Shown: one piece after another, positions 8,998 through 18,831 of the stretch
How the letters are laid out: each line of letters starts with the position of its first letter
Position numbering within the stretch: position 1 is the first letter of the stretch
Origin: a virus
Taxonomy: Duplodnaviria > Caudoviricetes
Reading direction: 5' to 3' (one strand)
Length of the DNA stretch: 52,796 nt
Virus record (IMG/VR): IMGVR_UViG_3300034524_000081
Span: 1-52,796 of that record
Made by a program: the position numbers and the translations under genes
Notes under the pieces: generated by a model
The model's input: only the letters and a program-made list of their open reading frames with translations
Told to the model about the DNA's origin: nothing
The model's database searches: none

Positions 8998-9029
8998 TTA
9001 TATAGGGGCGAATATTCGCCCCTATATAA
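8998..9029. terminator. Perfect 32-bp palindrome, probable terminator hairpin
   Basis: TTATATAGGGGCGAAT/ATTCGCCCCTATATAA directly after a stop codon. Confidence 0.6.
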
Positions 9030-9083
9030 AGCTTTTGTAAATATGATTGATAGTGATTAGTAAAAAGGAGGTCGAACCGAACC

Positions 9084-11234
9084 ATGAAGGAATCAGCAAT
9101 TGCAAAACCCAAAATAGAGACTATTCAGGAGGAAATCCAATCGGTTATATTCCACAATCCTAAAAACGGTTACTGTGTATTAAAGTTATACGGCGATACA
9201 ATTGCAGTAGGTTATATGTCGAATATCCGGGAAGGAGATACTTTTAAATTTACAGGTGTATGGAAGAAACATCCTCAATACGGTCAGCAATTTCATTTTA
9301 CCGAATATGAATTAATTTTACCGCAGACACGAATAGGGATTATAAATTATCTTTCTTCAATAGCTTACGGGATAGGCCCCATTAAAGCTTCTAAAATCGT
9401 TGAAGCTTTAGGGGATTCAACGTTAGAAATCATCAAAAACGATCCTGATAAATTAAGACAGTTGGATTTTATTAAGCCTGAACAGGCTGAAGAAATTATT
9501 TCTAAATTCCATGAAAACAAAATATTAGCAGAACTTACATCTATGATATGCAAACAGGGGATTACTCCGAAACTTGCAACAAAAATATATAAGGTATACG
9601 GTAATGAATCTATCAGGGTAGTTAAAGAAAATCCTTATATTCTGGCCGATGATATGTTTGGAGTAGGATTTAAAACAGCCGATAGAATTGCGCAGGCCAC
9701 AGGCATTGAACCTAATTCACCTTTTAGAATAGAGGCGGCCGTTGAATTTACTTTAAAAGAAGCTGCTAATGAGGGACATGTGTATTTGCCACCGCAAATA
9801 CTGGTTAAAAAAGTAAAGGAGCTATTAGGCCGGGGCTGCGGTGTATCAGGAAAAGACATAAAAAAAGCCGCCGAAAATCAAGCGGCAAAAGAAAAAGTAA
9901 AGATAGAAAATAATTGTGTGTATCATTCTTCATTATATCGGGACGAGTACGAACTGGCAACAAGACTAAAAATGCTGGTAAAACAAAAACAACAAAAACA
10001 AAGAGAGATTAAAAATATAGATGGATTGACAAAACAGATTGAAGGCAGGTTAGGAATCAGGTATGCAGATCAGCAAAAACTGGCCATTAAAACAGCTTTA
10101 ACTTCTCCAGTATGTATTATCACGGGAGGCCCGGGCACAGGAAAAACCACCATAACAAATGCTATAGTAGACATCTACAAATCTATACATAGATACCCAG
10201 TAATATATCTTGCTTCACCTACGGGAAGGGCGGCCAAAAGGTTGTCTGAATCTACGGATATGGAAGCCAAAACTATTCACAGGTTGCTTCATTATCATCC
10301 CGAAGGCGGATTTGAATATAATGCAGCCAATCCCTTGCCATCAGGGCTGCTTATTGTTGATGAATTTTCCATGGCTGATATTGAGCTGTCTTCATATTTG
10401 TTTGATGCTGTAGAAAACGATATGCAGGTTGTTATGGTCGGCGATGTTGAACAGCTCCCATCTGTAGGCCCCGGGTCGGTGCTTAGAGACTGCATCATGT
10501 CGGGAGTTATACCTACGATTAGGCTTAAATATAATTACCGGCAGGCGGTAGGTTCAACCATAGCAGATATAGCTCATCAAATCGTAGAAGGAATTGTTCC
10601 CGAATTAGTCGAGACCGATGATTTGAAACCGATAGCTTTTGATGATCCTGAAGATGGATTAAGAATCGTGAAAAACATTGTAGAACAGTTACAAAAAGAA
10701 AAAGTAGGAATCATGGATTTTCAGGTATTGACGCCGATGAAAAAAAGTTTGTTAGGGGTTAATTCATTGAATGAAATGGTCAGAAATATTGTTAATCCTG
10801 CTGGCAGCAAGCCTGAGATTAAATACGGAAAAGAGATATATAGAGTTGGAGATAAGGTGATGGTTCAGAAAAACAATTATTTGAAAGGGGTTTTTAACGG
10901 AGATATAGGGGTTGTAGTAGGGGCAGACAAAACAGGAATTGATATTGATGTGGAAGGCGAGATAGTGAGATACGAAAGAGATGAACTGAACGAAATAAGT
11001 CTGGCATATGCAAGCACGGTTCACAAAGCCCAGGGGTCTGAATTTCCTTTTGCTATAGTTATATGTTCAACATCTCACTTCATTATGTTACAAAGAAATT
11101 TGCTTTATACTGCGGTTACCAGGGCAAAGAAAAGGCTGTATTTAGTGTATCAGCCAAGAGCGCTAAAAATTGCGGTAAAGAATGACAAGATTGCAGATAG
11201 ATACAGTTTGCTGAAAGAAAGATTGAGGGATTGA
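9084..11234 (+). CDS. recD2: ATP-dependent RecD-like DNA helicase (RecD2)
   Basis: N-terminal OB/HhH region, GGPGTGKT, IVDEFSM, GDVEQLPSVGPG, AYASTVHKAQGSE, LLYTAVTRAK. Confidence 0.93.
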   Translation: MKESAIAKPKIETIQEEIQSVIFHNPKNGYCVLKLYGDTIAVGYMSNIREGDTFKFTGVWKKHPQYGQQFHFTEYELILPQTRIGIINYLSSIAYGIGPIKASKIVEALGDSTLEIIKNDPDKLRQLDFIKPEQAEEIISKFHENKILAELTSMICKQGITPKLATKIYKVYGNESIRVVKENPYILADDMFGVGFKTADRIAQATGIEPNSPFRIEAAVEFTLKEAANEGHVYLPPQILVKKVKELLGRGCGVSGKDIKKAAENQAAKEKVKIENNCVYHSSLYRDEYELATRLKMLVKQKQQKQREIKNIDGLTKQIEGRLGIRYADQQKLAIKTALTSPVCIITGGPGTGKTTITNAIVDIYKSIHRYPVIYLASPTGRAAKRLSESTDMEAKTIHRLLHYHPEGGFEYNAANPLPSGLLIVDEFSMADIELSSYLFDAVENDMQVVMVGDVEQLPSVGPGSVLRDCIMSGVIPTIRLKYNYRQAVGSTIADIAHQIVEGIVPELVETDDLKPIAFDDPEDGLRIVKNIVEQLQKEKVGIMDFQVLTPMKKSLLGVNSLNEMVRNIVNPAGSKPEIKYGKEIYRVGDKVMVQKNNYLKGVFNGDIGVVVGADKTGIDIDVEGEIVRYERDELNEISLAYASTVHKAQGSEFPFAIVICSTSHFIMLQRNLLYTAVTRAKKRLYLVYQPRALKIAVKNDKIADRYSLLKERLRD

Positions 11235-11265
11235 ATTTGAAAGCAATACAGAAAGGAGTAAGGAT

Positions 11266-11427
11266 ATGAACAAATCAGAACAAACCTTTATCAAATTACG
11301 AGGATGCGAAGGATGCAGAAAAAACTGCAAATATAACCACGGCATAGCATTAAAGGAAAGGGTCGAAGAAGAAATCGGGACAGGGCAGTTGTATGGCTGC
11401 AATTCTACTTTAAAAAATTTAACCTAA
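11266..11427 (+). CDS. Small Cys-rich hypothetical protein (53 aa)
   Basis: Read manually; AAAGGAG RBS; CEGCRKNC. Confidence 0.5.
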   Translation: MNKSEQTFIKLRGCEGCRKNCKYNHGIALKERVEEEIGTGQLYGCNSTLKNLT

Positions 11428-11500
11428 TTTATATATATCCAGAAAAGTTTAGAAATATACACGGTTTTTGAAAATGATTTAATTCAAAGGGGTAATTAAA

Positions 11501-12340
11501 ATGCTTAAAGAACTTACTTTGTTCGGTGAAATCGATAAGGTCAAAACAGCAATAGAGCGGATACGTGAATTCGAGCCGCCAGAAGGATATTATTTGGCCT
11601 TCAGCGGCGGCAAAGATAGTTTATGTATATATCATCTTGCTAAGGAAGCAGGCGTAAAATTTGATGCCCATTACAACCTGACTACTGTTGACCCGCCAGA
11701 GCTGGTATATTTTATCAGAGAAAATTATCCTGACGTACAGATAGATAGACCAAAAAAGACAATGTGGCAGTTGATTATCGAGAATGGCGGACCTCCTACG
11801 AGGGTGCAAAGATATTGCTGTCGTTATCTAAAAGAACGCGGTGGAGAAGGCAGGTTTTGTATAACAGGAGTAAGATGGGCAGAAAGCATAAAAAGAAAAA
11901 GAACAAGAGGATTGGCTGAATTTATGGGAAGGACAGCAAAAGAAAAAATACTTTTCAATGATAATGATAAAATGCGCCGAATGATGGAAAATTGTCAATT
12001 AAAGGGGAAGTTTGTTCTCAACCCTATAATAGATTGGGAAGATGCTGACGTTTGGCAATATATTAAAAGTCGAAATTTAAAATATTGTAGTTTATATGAT
12101 GAAGGGATAAAACGTATAGGCTGTATAGGCTGTCCAATGGCCAAACCAGAGCGAAGAGAATGGGAATTAAAACGCTGGCCTAAATATAGAGCAAACTACA
12201 TAAGAGCTTTTGAAAGGATGTTACGGTATAGGAGAGAGCACGGGAAAAAAGAAATATGGACTGATGCCGAAGATGTAATGAATTGGTGGATATACCAGCC
12301 ACCGAAAAGCAATCCTAATCAAATTGTATTGTTTGAATAA
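11501..12340 (+). CDS. PAPS-reductase family protein
   Basis: AFSGGKDS PP-loop, RYCC, GVRWAES, RIGCIGCP. Confidence 0.9.
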   Translation: MLKELTLFGEIDKVKTAIERIREFEPPEGYYLAFSGGKDSLCIYHLAKEAGVKFDAHYNLTTVDPPELVYFIRENYPDVQIDRPKKTMWQLIIENGGPPTRVQRYCCRYLKERGGEGRFCITGVRWAESIKRKRTRGLAEFMGRTAKEKILFNDNDKMRRMMENCQLKGKFVLNPIIDWEDADVWQYIKSRNLKYCSLYDEGIKRIGCIGCPMAKPERREWELKRWPKYRANYIRAFERMLRYRREHGKKEIWTDAEDVMNWWIYQPPKSNPNQIVLFE

Positions 12341-12375
12341 TCATTTTGCTTATTTTCACCCGTGAGGTGTTGTGA

Positions 12376-14991
12376 ATGACAGAAAAAACAGAAAAAAAAG
12401 AAACAACAATGCAAGAACCAAAGATGCAAGAACCAAAGATACAAGAATCAAAGATACAAGAACCACAAAATAAAAAATCCGTATATCAAAGATACATAGA
12501 ACTTGCAACATTAACTGAAGAAGATAAGAAATCTTTAAAGAAAAAACGAGGTTTTTCCGATGATACTATAAATACTTTCAGGTTTGTTTCAGGGGGCCCG
12601 TATATATCAAAAATAACGAATCAACTTATTAGAGAATATTCCGAGCAGGAACTCATCGAATCAGGAATTGTGGTAGAAACAAACGGAACTATTACACCGA
12701 ACAGCCAGCTTTTAGATAAGCGAATAATTATTCCTTATATAGATGAAAACGGAAATGTATATCATTTAAGGCCGCATAAGTTAGGATTTCATGGTATTCC
12801 TCCACAGCCATACTGCCGTTTCATGCTGAAAGACAAGCCCGAACATATAGTATTAACGGAAGGAGAGTTTAAGGCCGCCGCATTATGGCAATGGGGGATA
12901 CCTGCGATGGCCATTCCGGGGATAAGCAGTTTTAGCGGAAAGCATTTTGATAGGTTTGTAAATCTATTAAAAGAGTTTGAAATTAAGAAAATAACAATCA
13001 TTTATGATAACGAAGAAAAAGGGAATCCTGCTTATCCGAATTTTAAGGAAAAAGCCGAGGATAGGTACGATACCTTGTTCTGGGCATACATAATGGCATG
13101 GAAGTTAAACAGGGCAGGGTTTATCACCCATATAGGCATGCTCCCTTCAGCATGGCGTGAAAACGGAAAAATAGATTTTGATATGGCACTAGCACAGGGA
13201 AGGACAAGAAAAGATATTGAAAGGGTTATTGCATCAGCAAAAACGTATTCGGAGTTTTTAGCAGGTCTTGAAGGGGAAGCATTAAAAGTCGTAAGGCGCA
13301 AGGTTAGCAAATACTTCGCAAAAACGAATATAAGGAGAGAATTTAATAAATACGTTGCCGTCAGAACCAGCCAAAAAGGCGATTACGAAGAAACTATTTC
13401 TAATTTTGTCATTAACATTAAATCTAGTTTTTACACTCCCGATGGCGTGGTTAGAAACGTTGAATTTGTCAATGAATACGGCGAAAAATCGGACGTGTTT
13501 CCCCTGCATCCTTCAGACATGGCCGGATTAAATGAGTTTAAGAAATTCTGTTTCAGTAAAGGGAATTATCTTTTTAAAGGCAGAACAGAAGACCTGCTCA
13601 ATATATGGGAATCGGAGTTTTTAAGAGATTCGGGAGAATTGATTTATATGCCTGAAAAGATAGGCAGGATTGAAGACGATTTATGGTTATTCGGAAACAT
13701 GGCCATAAAAGGCGGAAAGGTTTACAGGCCGGATAATGACGGTATTATTTGGATTGACGGGAAAGGATACAAGCCGCAGTCTTTACAGATTAATCCCAGG
13801 GGCGAACCTATTGAAGATGCTATTCCTTCCTTGTGCGAACAGGAAATAAACATAGTTGATGTGGCGCTGAAATTAAAGCAGACGATTGGAGGATACGAAG
13901 CATATATGGGCCTCGGTTGGGTTGTAGCAACGATATTCAGCGATGATATTTTCAAACATTATAAATGCTTTCCTATTTTATTCCCACATGGCAAGCGAAT
14001 GTCGGGTAAGTCAACGTTTTTGCGGTGGCTGATGTCTTTTTTCGGAGTAGAAACAGAAGGCTACGGACTTGCAGAGACTTCTCAAAATTTTATAGCAAGG
14101 GCGCTCAGTTATTTCAGCTCACTTGGCGTATGGTTTGACGAATACAGAAATGAAACGAAAATCACACAAAAAGACGGGTTTTTTAGAAGCGCATATAACC
14201 GACAGCTGTCAGGCAAGGGAACAGCCACAGCATTTCAGGCCCGGGGATATGCGGTAAATGCAGCCATTGCAATATCAGGCGAGGAATTACCGAAGGATAA
14301 TGGATTGTTTACAAGATGCATCCCGATTCAAATATCAGCTTATAAAAGGGACCGGACATGGTTTGATTGGTTCAATAAATACTGTTATCAGTTTTCAAAT
14401 TTTACTTACCATCTAATCAAAAATTACGACAAGTATAAAGACAGAATCTTGGAAAACATTCAGGAACTTAAAGAGGTTTTAGTTGAAGCAGATATAACGG
14501 ACAGGACTGCCGAAAACTGGGCTATATGCGCAGCGGCTTTTGAGTCTACAATACTTCAGGATGAAGATTTTATCAGGTGGGTGTTTGAAACATGTCAGGA
14601 TATTAAGATCACCGGCGAACAAGAACATATGTTAAATATGTTCTGGGAAGATGTAATTTATCTTGTAGCTAAGAATGAAATTACTGATAACGAAATCAAA
14701 ATTGATGACGTAAATAATACCATGTATATTTGGTTTAACGGTATTTACAATACATGGTCAGTATATTATCGAAAAAAAACAGGAAATCAGCCTTTTGATA
14801 AACAATCAATTTCAAAATATCTTCAGGATGAACCTTACTACAACGGCAAAAAGAATGTTAAATTTGGAAAAACAACAAGATATTCTTATGTAATAGATTT
14901 AACTAAAGCCCCTGATACGTTTAATGAAATTGTTGATGTAATTTTAGAAAAAACCATGGAACAAACACCAACGTTCACTTTAACTAACTAA
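12376..14991 (+). CDS. Primase-helicase (Toprim domain + P-loop ATPase)
   Basis: LTEGEFKA and IIYDNE Toprim motifs; GKRMSGKS Walker A; WFDEYR Walker B. Confidence 0.82.
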   Translation: MTEKTEKKETTMQEPKMQEPKIQESKIQEPQNKKSVYQRYIELATLTEEDKKSLKKKRGFSDDTINTFRFVSGGPYISKITNQLIREYSEQELIESGIVVETNGTITPNSQLLDKRIIIPYIDENGNVYHLRPHKLGFHGIPPQPYCRFMLKDKPEHIVLTEGEFKAAALWQWGIPAMAIPGISSFSGKHFDRFVNLLKEFEIKKITIIYDNEEKGNPAYPNFKEKAEDRYDTLFWAYIMAWKLNRAGFITHIGMLPSAWRENGKIDFDMALAQGRTRKDIERVIASAKTYSEFLAGLEGEALKVVRRKVSKYFAKTNIRREFNKYVAVRTSQKGDYEETISNFVINIKSSFYTPDGVVRNVEFVNEYGEKSDVFPLHPSDMAGLNEFKKFCFSKGNYLFKGRTEDLLNIWESEFLRDSGELIYMPEKIGRIEDDLWLFGNMAIKGGKVYRPDNDGIIWIDGKGYKPQSLQINPRGEPIEDAIPSLCEQEINIVDVALKLKQTIGGYEAYMGLGWVVATIFSDDIFKHYKCFPILFPHGKRMSGKSTFLRWLMSFFGVETEGYGLAETSQNFIARALSYFSSLGVWFDEYRNETKITQKDGFFRSAYNRQLSGKGTATAFQARGYAVNAAIAISGEELPKDNGLFTRCIPIQISAYKRDRTWFDWFNKYCYQFSNFTYHLIKNYDKYKDRILENIQELKEVLVEADITDRTAENWAICAAAFESTILQDEDFIRWVFETCQDIKITGEQEHMLNMFWEDVIYLVAKNEITDNEIKIDDVNNTMYIWFNGIYNTWSVYYRKKTGNQPFDKQSISKYLQDEPYYNGKKNVKFGKTTRYSYVIDLTKAPDTFNEIVDVILEKTMEQTPTFTLTN

Positions 14992-14993
14992 AA

Positions 14994-15420
14994 TTTTGAA
15001 CTTTTGAACCTATTTTGAACCAAGTACTAACCGCTGAAATCCTTGATATATAAAGATTCTAGAACTTTGGTTCAAAAGTTAGAAAGAAATAGGTTAAAAA
15101 CTTTCATAAAAATATACAACAAACATGTTTATATCTAAACATATTTATAAACAATCTTCTCTAAAAAACAAAAAAATATATGTATATATAAAATCCGTAC
15201 TAACTTTTGAACCGGCACCCCCCAGTAGGGGGGAACAAAGCCTATTATATCAATATATAGAAAGTGGTTAAAAAGTGGTTAGAAAATGGTTCAAAAAATT
15301 ATCCACAATTGAACCACAGATTTATTCACAGGCACAAACCCAGAACTATCAAGGGTTAGATATGATTTGCAAAAATCTAACCATAATCTAACTTAATATG
15401 TCAATGACCCCCTGGGGGAA
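14994..15420. other. Putative replication origin (iterons, AT-rich core, DnaA boxes)
   Basis: TTTTGAAC at 14994, 15002, 15013, 15205; inverted GTTCAAAA at 15070 and 15289; TTATCCACA 15299-15307; TTATTCACA 15322-15330; non-coding gap after the primase. Confidence 0.7.
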
Positions 15421-15461
15421 GGGTATTTATAATAAAAAATAAATTGGAGGTTTGATAAAAA

Positions 15462-16334
15462 ATGAAATGCTTTTATCACAATGATATGGACGGAAAATGC
15501 GCAGGGGCTATTGTCTACAAGTTTTATAAAAGGGATAGGGATTTTACAAAAGAAACAGGGCAAGAATGTGAATTTATCCCTATCAACTACAAGGACGAAT
15601 TTCCATTTGACAAGATACGCCCAAACGAAACTATTATTATTGTTGATTTTTCGTTACAAAAACTTGGCGAATTTGAAAGGTTAATGAAGATAACAGATAG
15701 CATTATTTGGATTGACCATCACAAGACAGCTATTGAAAAATATGATAACTTGAATTTGGCTGGTATGAGGCGAGACGGCATTGCAGGATGTGTACTAACA
15801 TGGGCGTTTTTCTATCCAGGTACCATAACACCGCCCGTAGTTAAATTGTTAGGCGATTATGACATATGGGCTTTCGTATACGGGGATGATACAAAATATT
15901 TGCAATCAGGAATAAGGTTATATGATACAAAACCTGAATCTCAAAACTGGGAGAAATGGCTGGATAGGTCATATTATCCTGAAGAAGAAATATCAAAAGG
16001 TAAAATAGCAATACAGTACAGAGATAATTATTATGCTGAATTAATCAAATCATGGGCATTCTGGACAGAGTTTGAGGGATACAAAGCGATAGCCTGTAAT
16101 GCTGGGTCAGTATCATCTCAATTATTCGATACAGTTACAGAAGACTATGATATTATGATGCCGTTTGTGTTTGATGGCAAACAATGGACAATATCACTGT
16201 ATACCAAAAAACCAGAAATTGACGTATCAGAAATTGCTAAAAAATACGGAGGCGGAGGGCATAAAGGAGCAGCAGGATTTCAATGTAAGGAACTGCCTTT
16301 TTTTAAAATATCTAAATCATATAAATCAATATAA
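15462..16334 (+). CDS. DHH/DHHA1 phosphoesterase
   Basis: HNDMDG, VDFS, IDHH and GGGGHKGAAG motifs. Confidence 0.9.
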   Translation: MKCFYHNDMDGKCAGAIVYKFYKRDRDFTKETGQECEFIPINYKDEFPFDKIRPNETIIIVDFSLQKLGEFERLMKITDSIIWIDHHKTAIEKYDNLNLAGMRRDGIAGCVLTWAFFYPGTITPPVVKLLGDYDIWAFVYGDDTKYLQSGIRLYDTKPESQNWEKWLDRSYYPEEEISKGKIAIQYRDNYYAELIKSWAFWTEFEGYKAIACNAGSVSSQLFDTVTEDYDIMMPFVFDGKQWTISLYTKKPEIDVSEIAKKYGGGGHKGAAGFQCKELPFFKISKSYKSI

Positions 16335-16343
16335 GGGAGTGAG

Positions 16344-16769
16344 ATGACAATGAAAATCAAAATATTTGATCCAAAATGCCGGCCTTATAAAAAATACTCA
16401 GAAGACGCCGGATGGGATTTAAGAGCGCGAATAGCAGAGCCTATACGGTTTCATTCAATGATGAGAAAAACCATATCGGTAGGCATAGCAATTGAGATTC
16501 CCCCTGGATATGTCGGGGATGTAAGGCCGAGAAGCGGACTGGCCAAGAAAGGGCTGGTAGCGATGTATGGGACAATAGATGCAACTTACAGAGGAGAAAT
16601 TAAGGTTACCTTGATTAATTTAGGGATTGAGCCGGTAGAAATACAGCCTTATGAGAGGATTGCTCAATTAGTTATATTACCAATTTTAAAAACAGAATTA
16701 GAAGAAGCAGTAGAACTATCAGAAACAGAAAGGGGAAGCGGTGGCTTTGGCAGTACGGGTAAGTTCTAG
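16344..16769 (+). CDS. dut: Trimeric dUTPase
   Basis: AGWDL, RSG, GTIDATYRGE, RIAQL, RGSGGFGSTG. Confidence 0.95.
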   Translation: MTMKIKIFDPKCRPYKKYSEDAGWDLRARIAEPIRFHSMMRKTISVGIAIEIPPGYVGDVRPRSGLAKKGLVAMYGTIDATYRGEIKVTLINLGIEPVEIQPYERIAQLVILPILKTELEEAVELSETERGSGGFGSTGKF

Positions 16770-17034
16770 CAAAAAATTGTTTCGTATATTGAACGAAGCT
16801 CATAACTTGTTTGTTAAAAAGAATCAAGACTATGGCGAAGAAAATTGGCGATGGGCAGGATTGCAGGGTGTTTTAATCAGACTGGGAGATAAATGGTATA
16901 GATTAAAAAATATTGTAGATTCAGGCAGAGAACCTAATTTTGAAAGCACCAGAGACACTTTGATTGATATTATTAATTATGCTGCTATGGGTGTGATCCT
17001 TTTGGATGAGGAGAGTGAGGAAGATGAAGTTTGA
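16741..17034 (+). CDS. DUF1599 / nucleotide-modification-associated domain protein
   Basis: KKNQDYG...IRLGDKWYRL...DTLIDIINYA pattern. Confidence 0.75.
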   Translation: MALAVRVSSSKKLFRILNEAHNLFVKKNQDYGEENWRWAGLQGVLIRLGDKWYRLKNIVDSGREPNFESTRDTLIDIINYAAMGVILLDEESEEDEV

Positions 17035-17221
17035 TGCGTCAAGTGCAAATGATATATTGAAACGTCAAATAACAAAAACACAGGAACAGCTTAAACAGGC
17101 AGAGCAGAATTTAAATTATGCTGAAGATCCTGAATTTATCAGGGTGGCGGTATATGAAATATATGCTTTGCGTGCAAAACTTGATGCACTGTATAAAAAA
17201 GCCAAAAAGAAAGAGGTATAG
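17024..17221 (+). CDS. YaaL/DUF2508-like protein
   Basis: AEQNLNYAEDPEFIRVAVYEIYA...LYKKAK resembles the YaaL pattern (from recall). Confidence 0.6.
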   Translation: MKFDASSANDILKRQITKTQEQLKQAEQNLNYAEDPEFIRVAVYEIYALRAKLDALYKKAKKKEV

Positions 17222-17223
17222 GC

Positions 17224-17412
17224 ATGGAAGTTTTTGACCCTCCTGTAACAATTAAATTTTATTTTGATAACGACAAAACTAAAAACTTTGAAAATGTAAC
17301 AAGAATTTTGTTTAAAACGTGGATGGTGCTTTATCTGGCAGACGGAAATCAGGTAATAGTTAATCCGGGAAAAGTTAATTTTGTTGAGACGATAAGGGTG
17401 AACGAATCTTAA
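17224..17412 (+). CDS. Hypothetical protein
   Basis: GAGGT RBS; operon context. Confidence 0.55.
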   Translation: MEVFDPPVTIKFYFDNDKTKNFENVTRILFKTWMVLYLADGNQVIVNPGKVNFVETIRVNES

Positions 17413-17420
17413 AAAAGGAG

Positions 17421-17909
17421 ATGAAAGCTTTGAGCCGATACAGGAATATACTTATTAAATCTAATATCAAACAATCACCACGGCAACCATTATTACAAAA
17501 AAAAGAAGAAAAAAAAGTAGTAAAAATAAACGAAGATTTATGGGATCATGTTTTTTATAACGCAAATAGGCTGGAAGGTAAAAAATATAAACAAACTCTT
17601 GAGTTGTTAAAAATATTGAGACGTAATGGGGCTAACGTTGAAAGAAAAAATCACAAAATAAAAATAACACAGGGAAACATAGAAACCGATAAATGGGAAA
17701 AATTCAAAAATGCTATGACAAGGGCACCTGCTGAATTAAAAGATTCCATCAACTGTCTTTTTGCTATATCATCTATCGGACAAATGATTAACGATAAAGA
17801 GGTAATAGAAAAATTGCAAAAAGTATTTGAAACAAAAAAGAAAGTATTTTGTGAACAACAAAAACAAAAAAACAAACATAATATCTATCAACAATCGTTT
17901 GATTTATAA
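17421..17909 (+). CDS. Hypothetical protein
   Basis: ORF track; AAGGAG upstream, start may be TTG 17430. Confidence 0.55.
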   Translation: MKALSRYRNILIKSNIKQSPRQPLLQKKEEKKVVKINEDLWDHVFYNANRLEGKKYKQTLELLKILRRNGANVERKNHKIKITQGNIETDKWEKFKNAMTRAPAELKDSINCLFAISSIGQMINDKEVIEKLQKVFETKKKVFCEQQKQKNKHNIYQQSFDL

Positions 17910-17920
17910 AAAATTATAAA

Positions 17921-18259
17921 ATGAAAGGATCGGTTTTGAAAATGAAAGCACTATCCTTTAAAAATGCAGAAAATAAAAAAACAACAAATAAAATAATACT
18001 TCAGACAAAGTTTAATGAAATCGAAAAATATGTCCCGGGTGAAAAAGTTATATTAAAATTTGCTCCTCGACTTAGTCAGGGATGTAAAAACGGAAGAATA
18101 GAAAGAGCTACAGTAATTAAAATATACAAACATTATATATTGTTTAAGATAGGCCAGTACAAAGAATCGGTGCAGAAGGTTGATATTGCTACAGGCGAGG
18201 TTAAGATATTGAAAGAAAGCGAAAGTAGCAAAAATGAAAGGAGAAAAAAGAAAAAATGA
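17921..18259 (+). CDS. Hypothetical basic protein
   Basis: ORF track; overlaps next start. Confidence 0.55.
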   Translation: MKGSVLKMKALSFKNAENKKTTNKIILQTKFNEIEKYVPGEKVILKFAPRLSQGCKNGRIERATVIKIYKHYILFKIGQYKESVQKVDIATGEVKILKESESSKNERRKKKK

Positions 18260-18831
18260 AAACCAGAAACATTATAATAACGGACAATTCAAAAGTTGTG
18301 ATGGGCATAGACCCAAAAGTAACAGGAACGGGTGTTGCAGTAATAAAGGACGGGAGTTTGATTTTCAATCAGACGATAACAAGTAAAAAAGAGGGATTAT
18401 TTCGGGCGTTAGACATTGAAGAAAAAATTCTACAACTGTATAAACGGTTTAATTGCGACATAGTTGTGATAGAGGGATACGGATTTGCGTCAAAAAAAAT
18501 AGTTACCACAGCGGAGCTGGTCGGAATACTGAAAAGAGCTTTTTTGAAAGAAGTTGATCCGGTGCCGCAAATCGTTATTGTGGCTCCTACACAGTTGAAA
18601 CAGTTTGCTACGGGGAAGGGCAACGCAAAAAAAGAGTTTATTATGCTGGAAATATTTAAACGGTGGGGTGTGGAATTTGAAACTGATGATGAAGCAGACG
18701 CTTTCGTTCTTGCGAAAATCGGACATATTCTGTTGAACGGAAACAACGATGAAGGATTGACAAAAATACAAAAAAAGGTAATTAAAAAAATAAAAGCAGG
18801 AAACAGGAACGAAGGGAGGATAGAAGAATGA
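18256..18831 (+). CDS. RuvC-like Holliday junction resolvase
   Basis: MGIDP, VVIEG, KQFATGKGNAKK, DDEADA. Confidence 0.88.
   Translation: MKTRNIIITDNSKVVMGIDPKVTGTGVAVIKDGSLIFNQTITSKKEGLFRALDIEEKILQLYKRFNCDIVVIEGYGFASKKIVTTAELVGILKRAFLKEVDPVPQIVIVAPTQLKQFATGKGNAKKEFIMLEIFKRWGVEFETDDEADAFVLAKIGHILLNGNNDEGLTKIQKKVIKKIKAGNRNEGRIEE

Noticed and set aside
14994-15330. CRISPR-like mini-array
   Set aside because: Repeats are 8-10 bp, in both orientations, without regular spacers; fits origin iterons better
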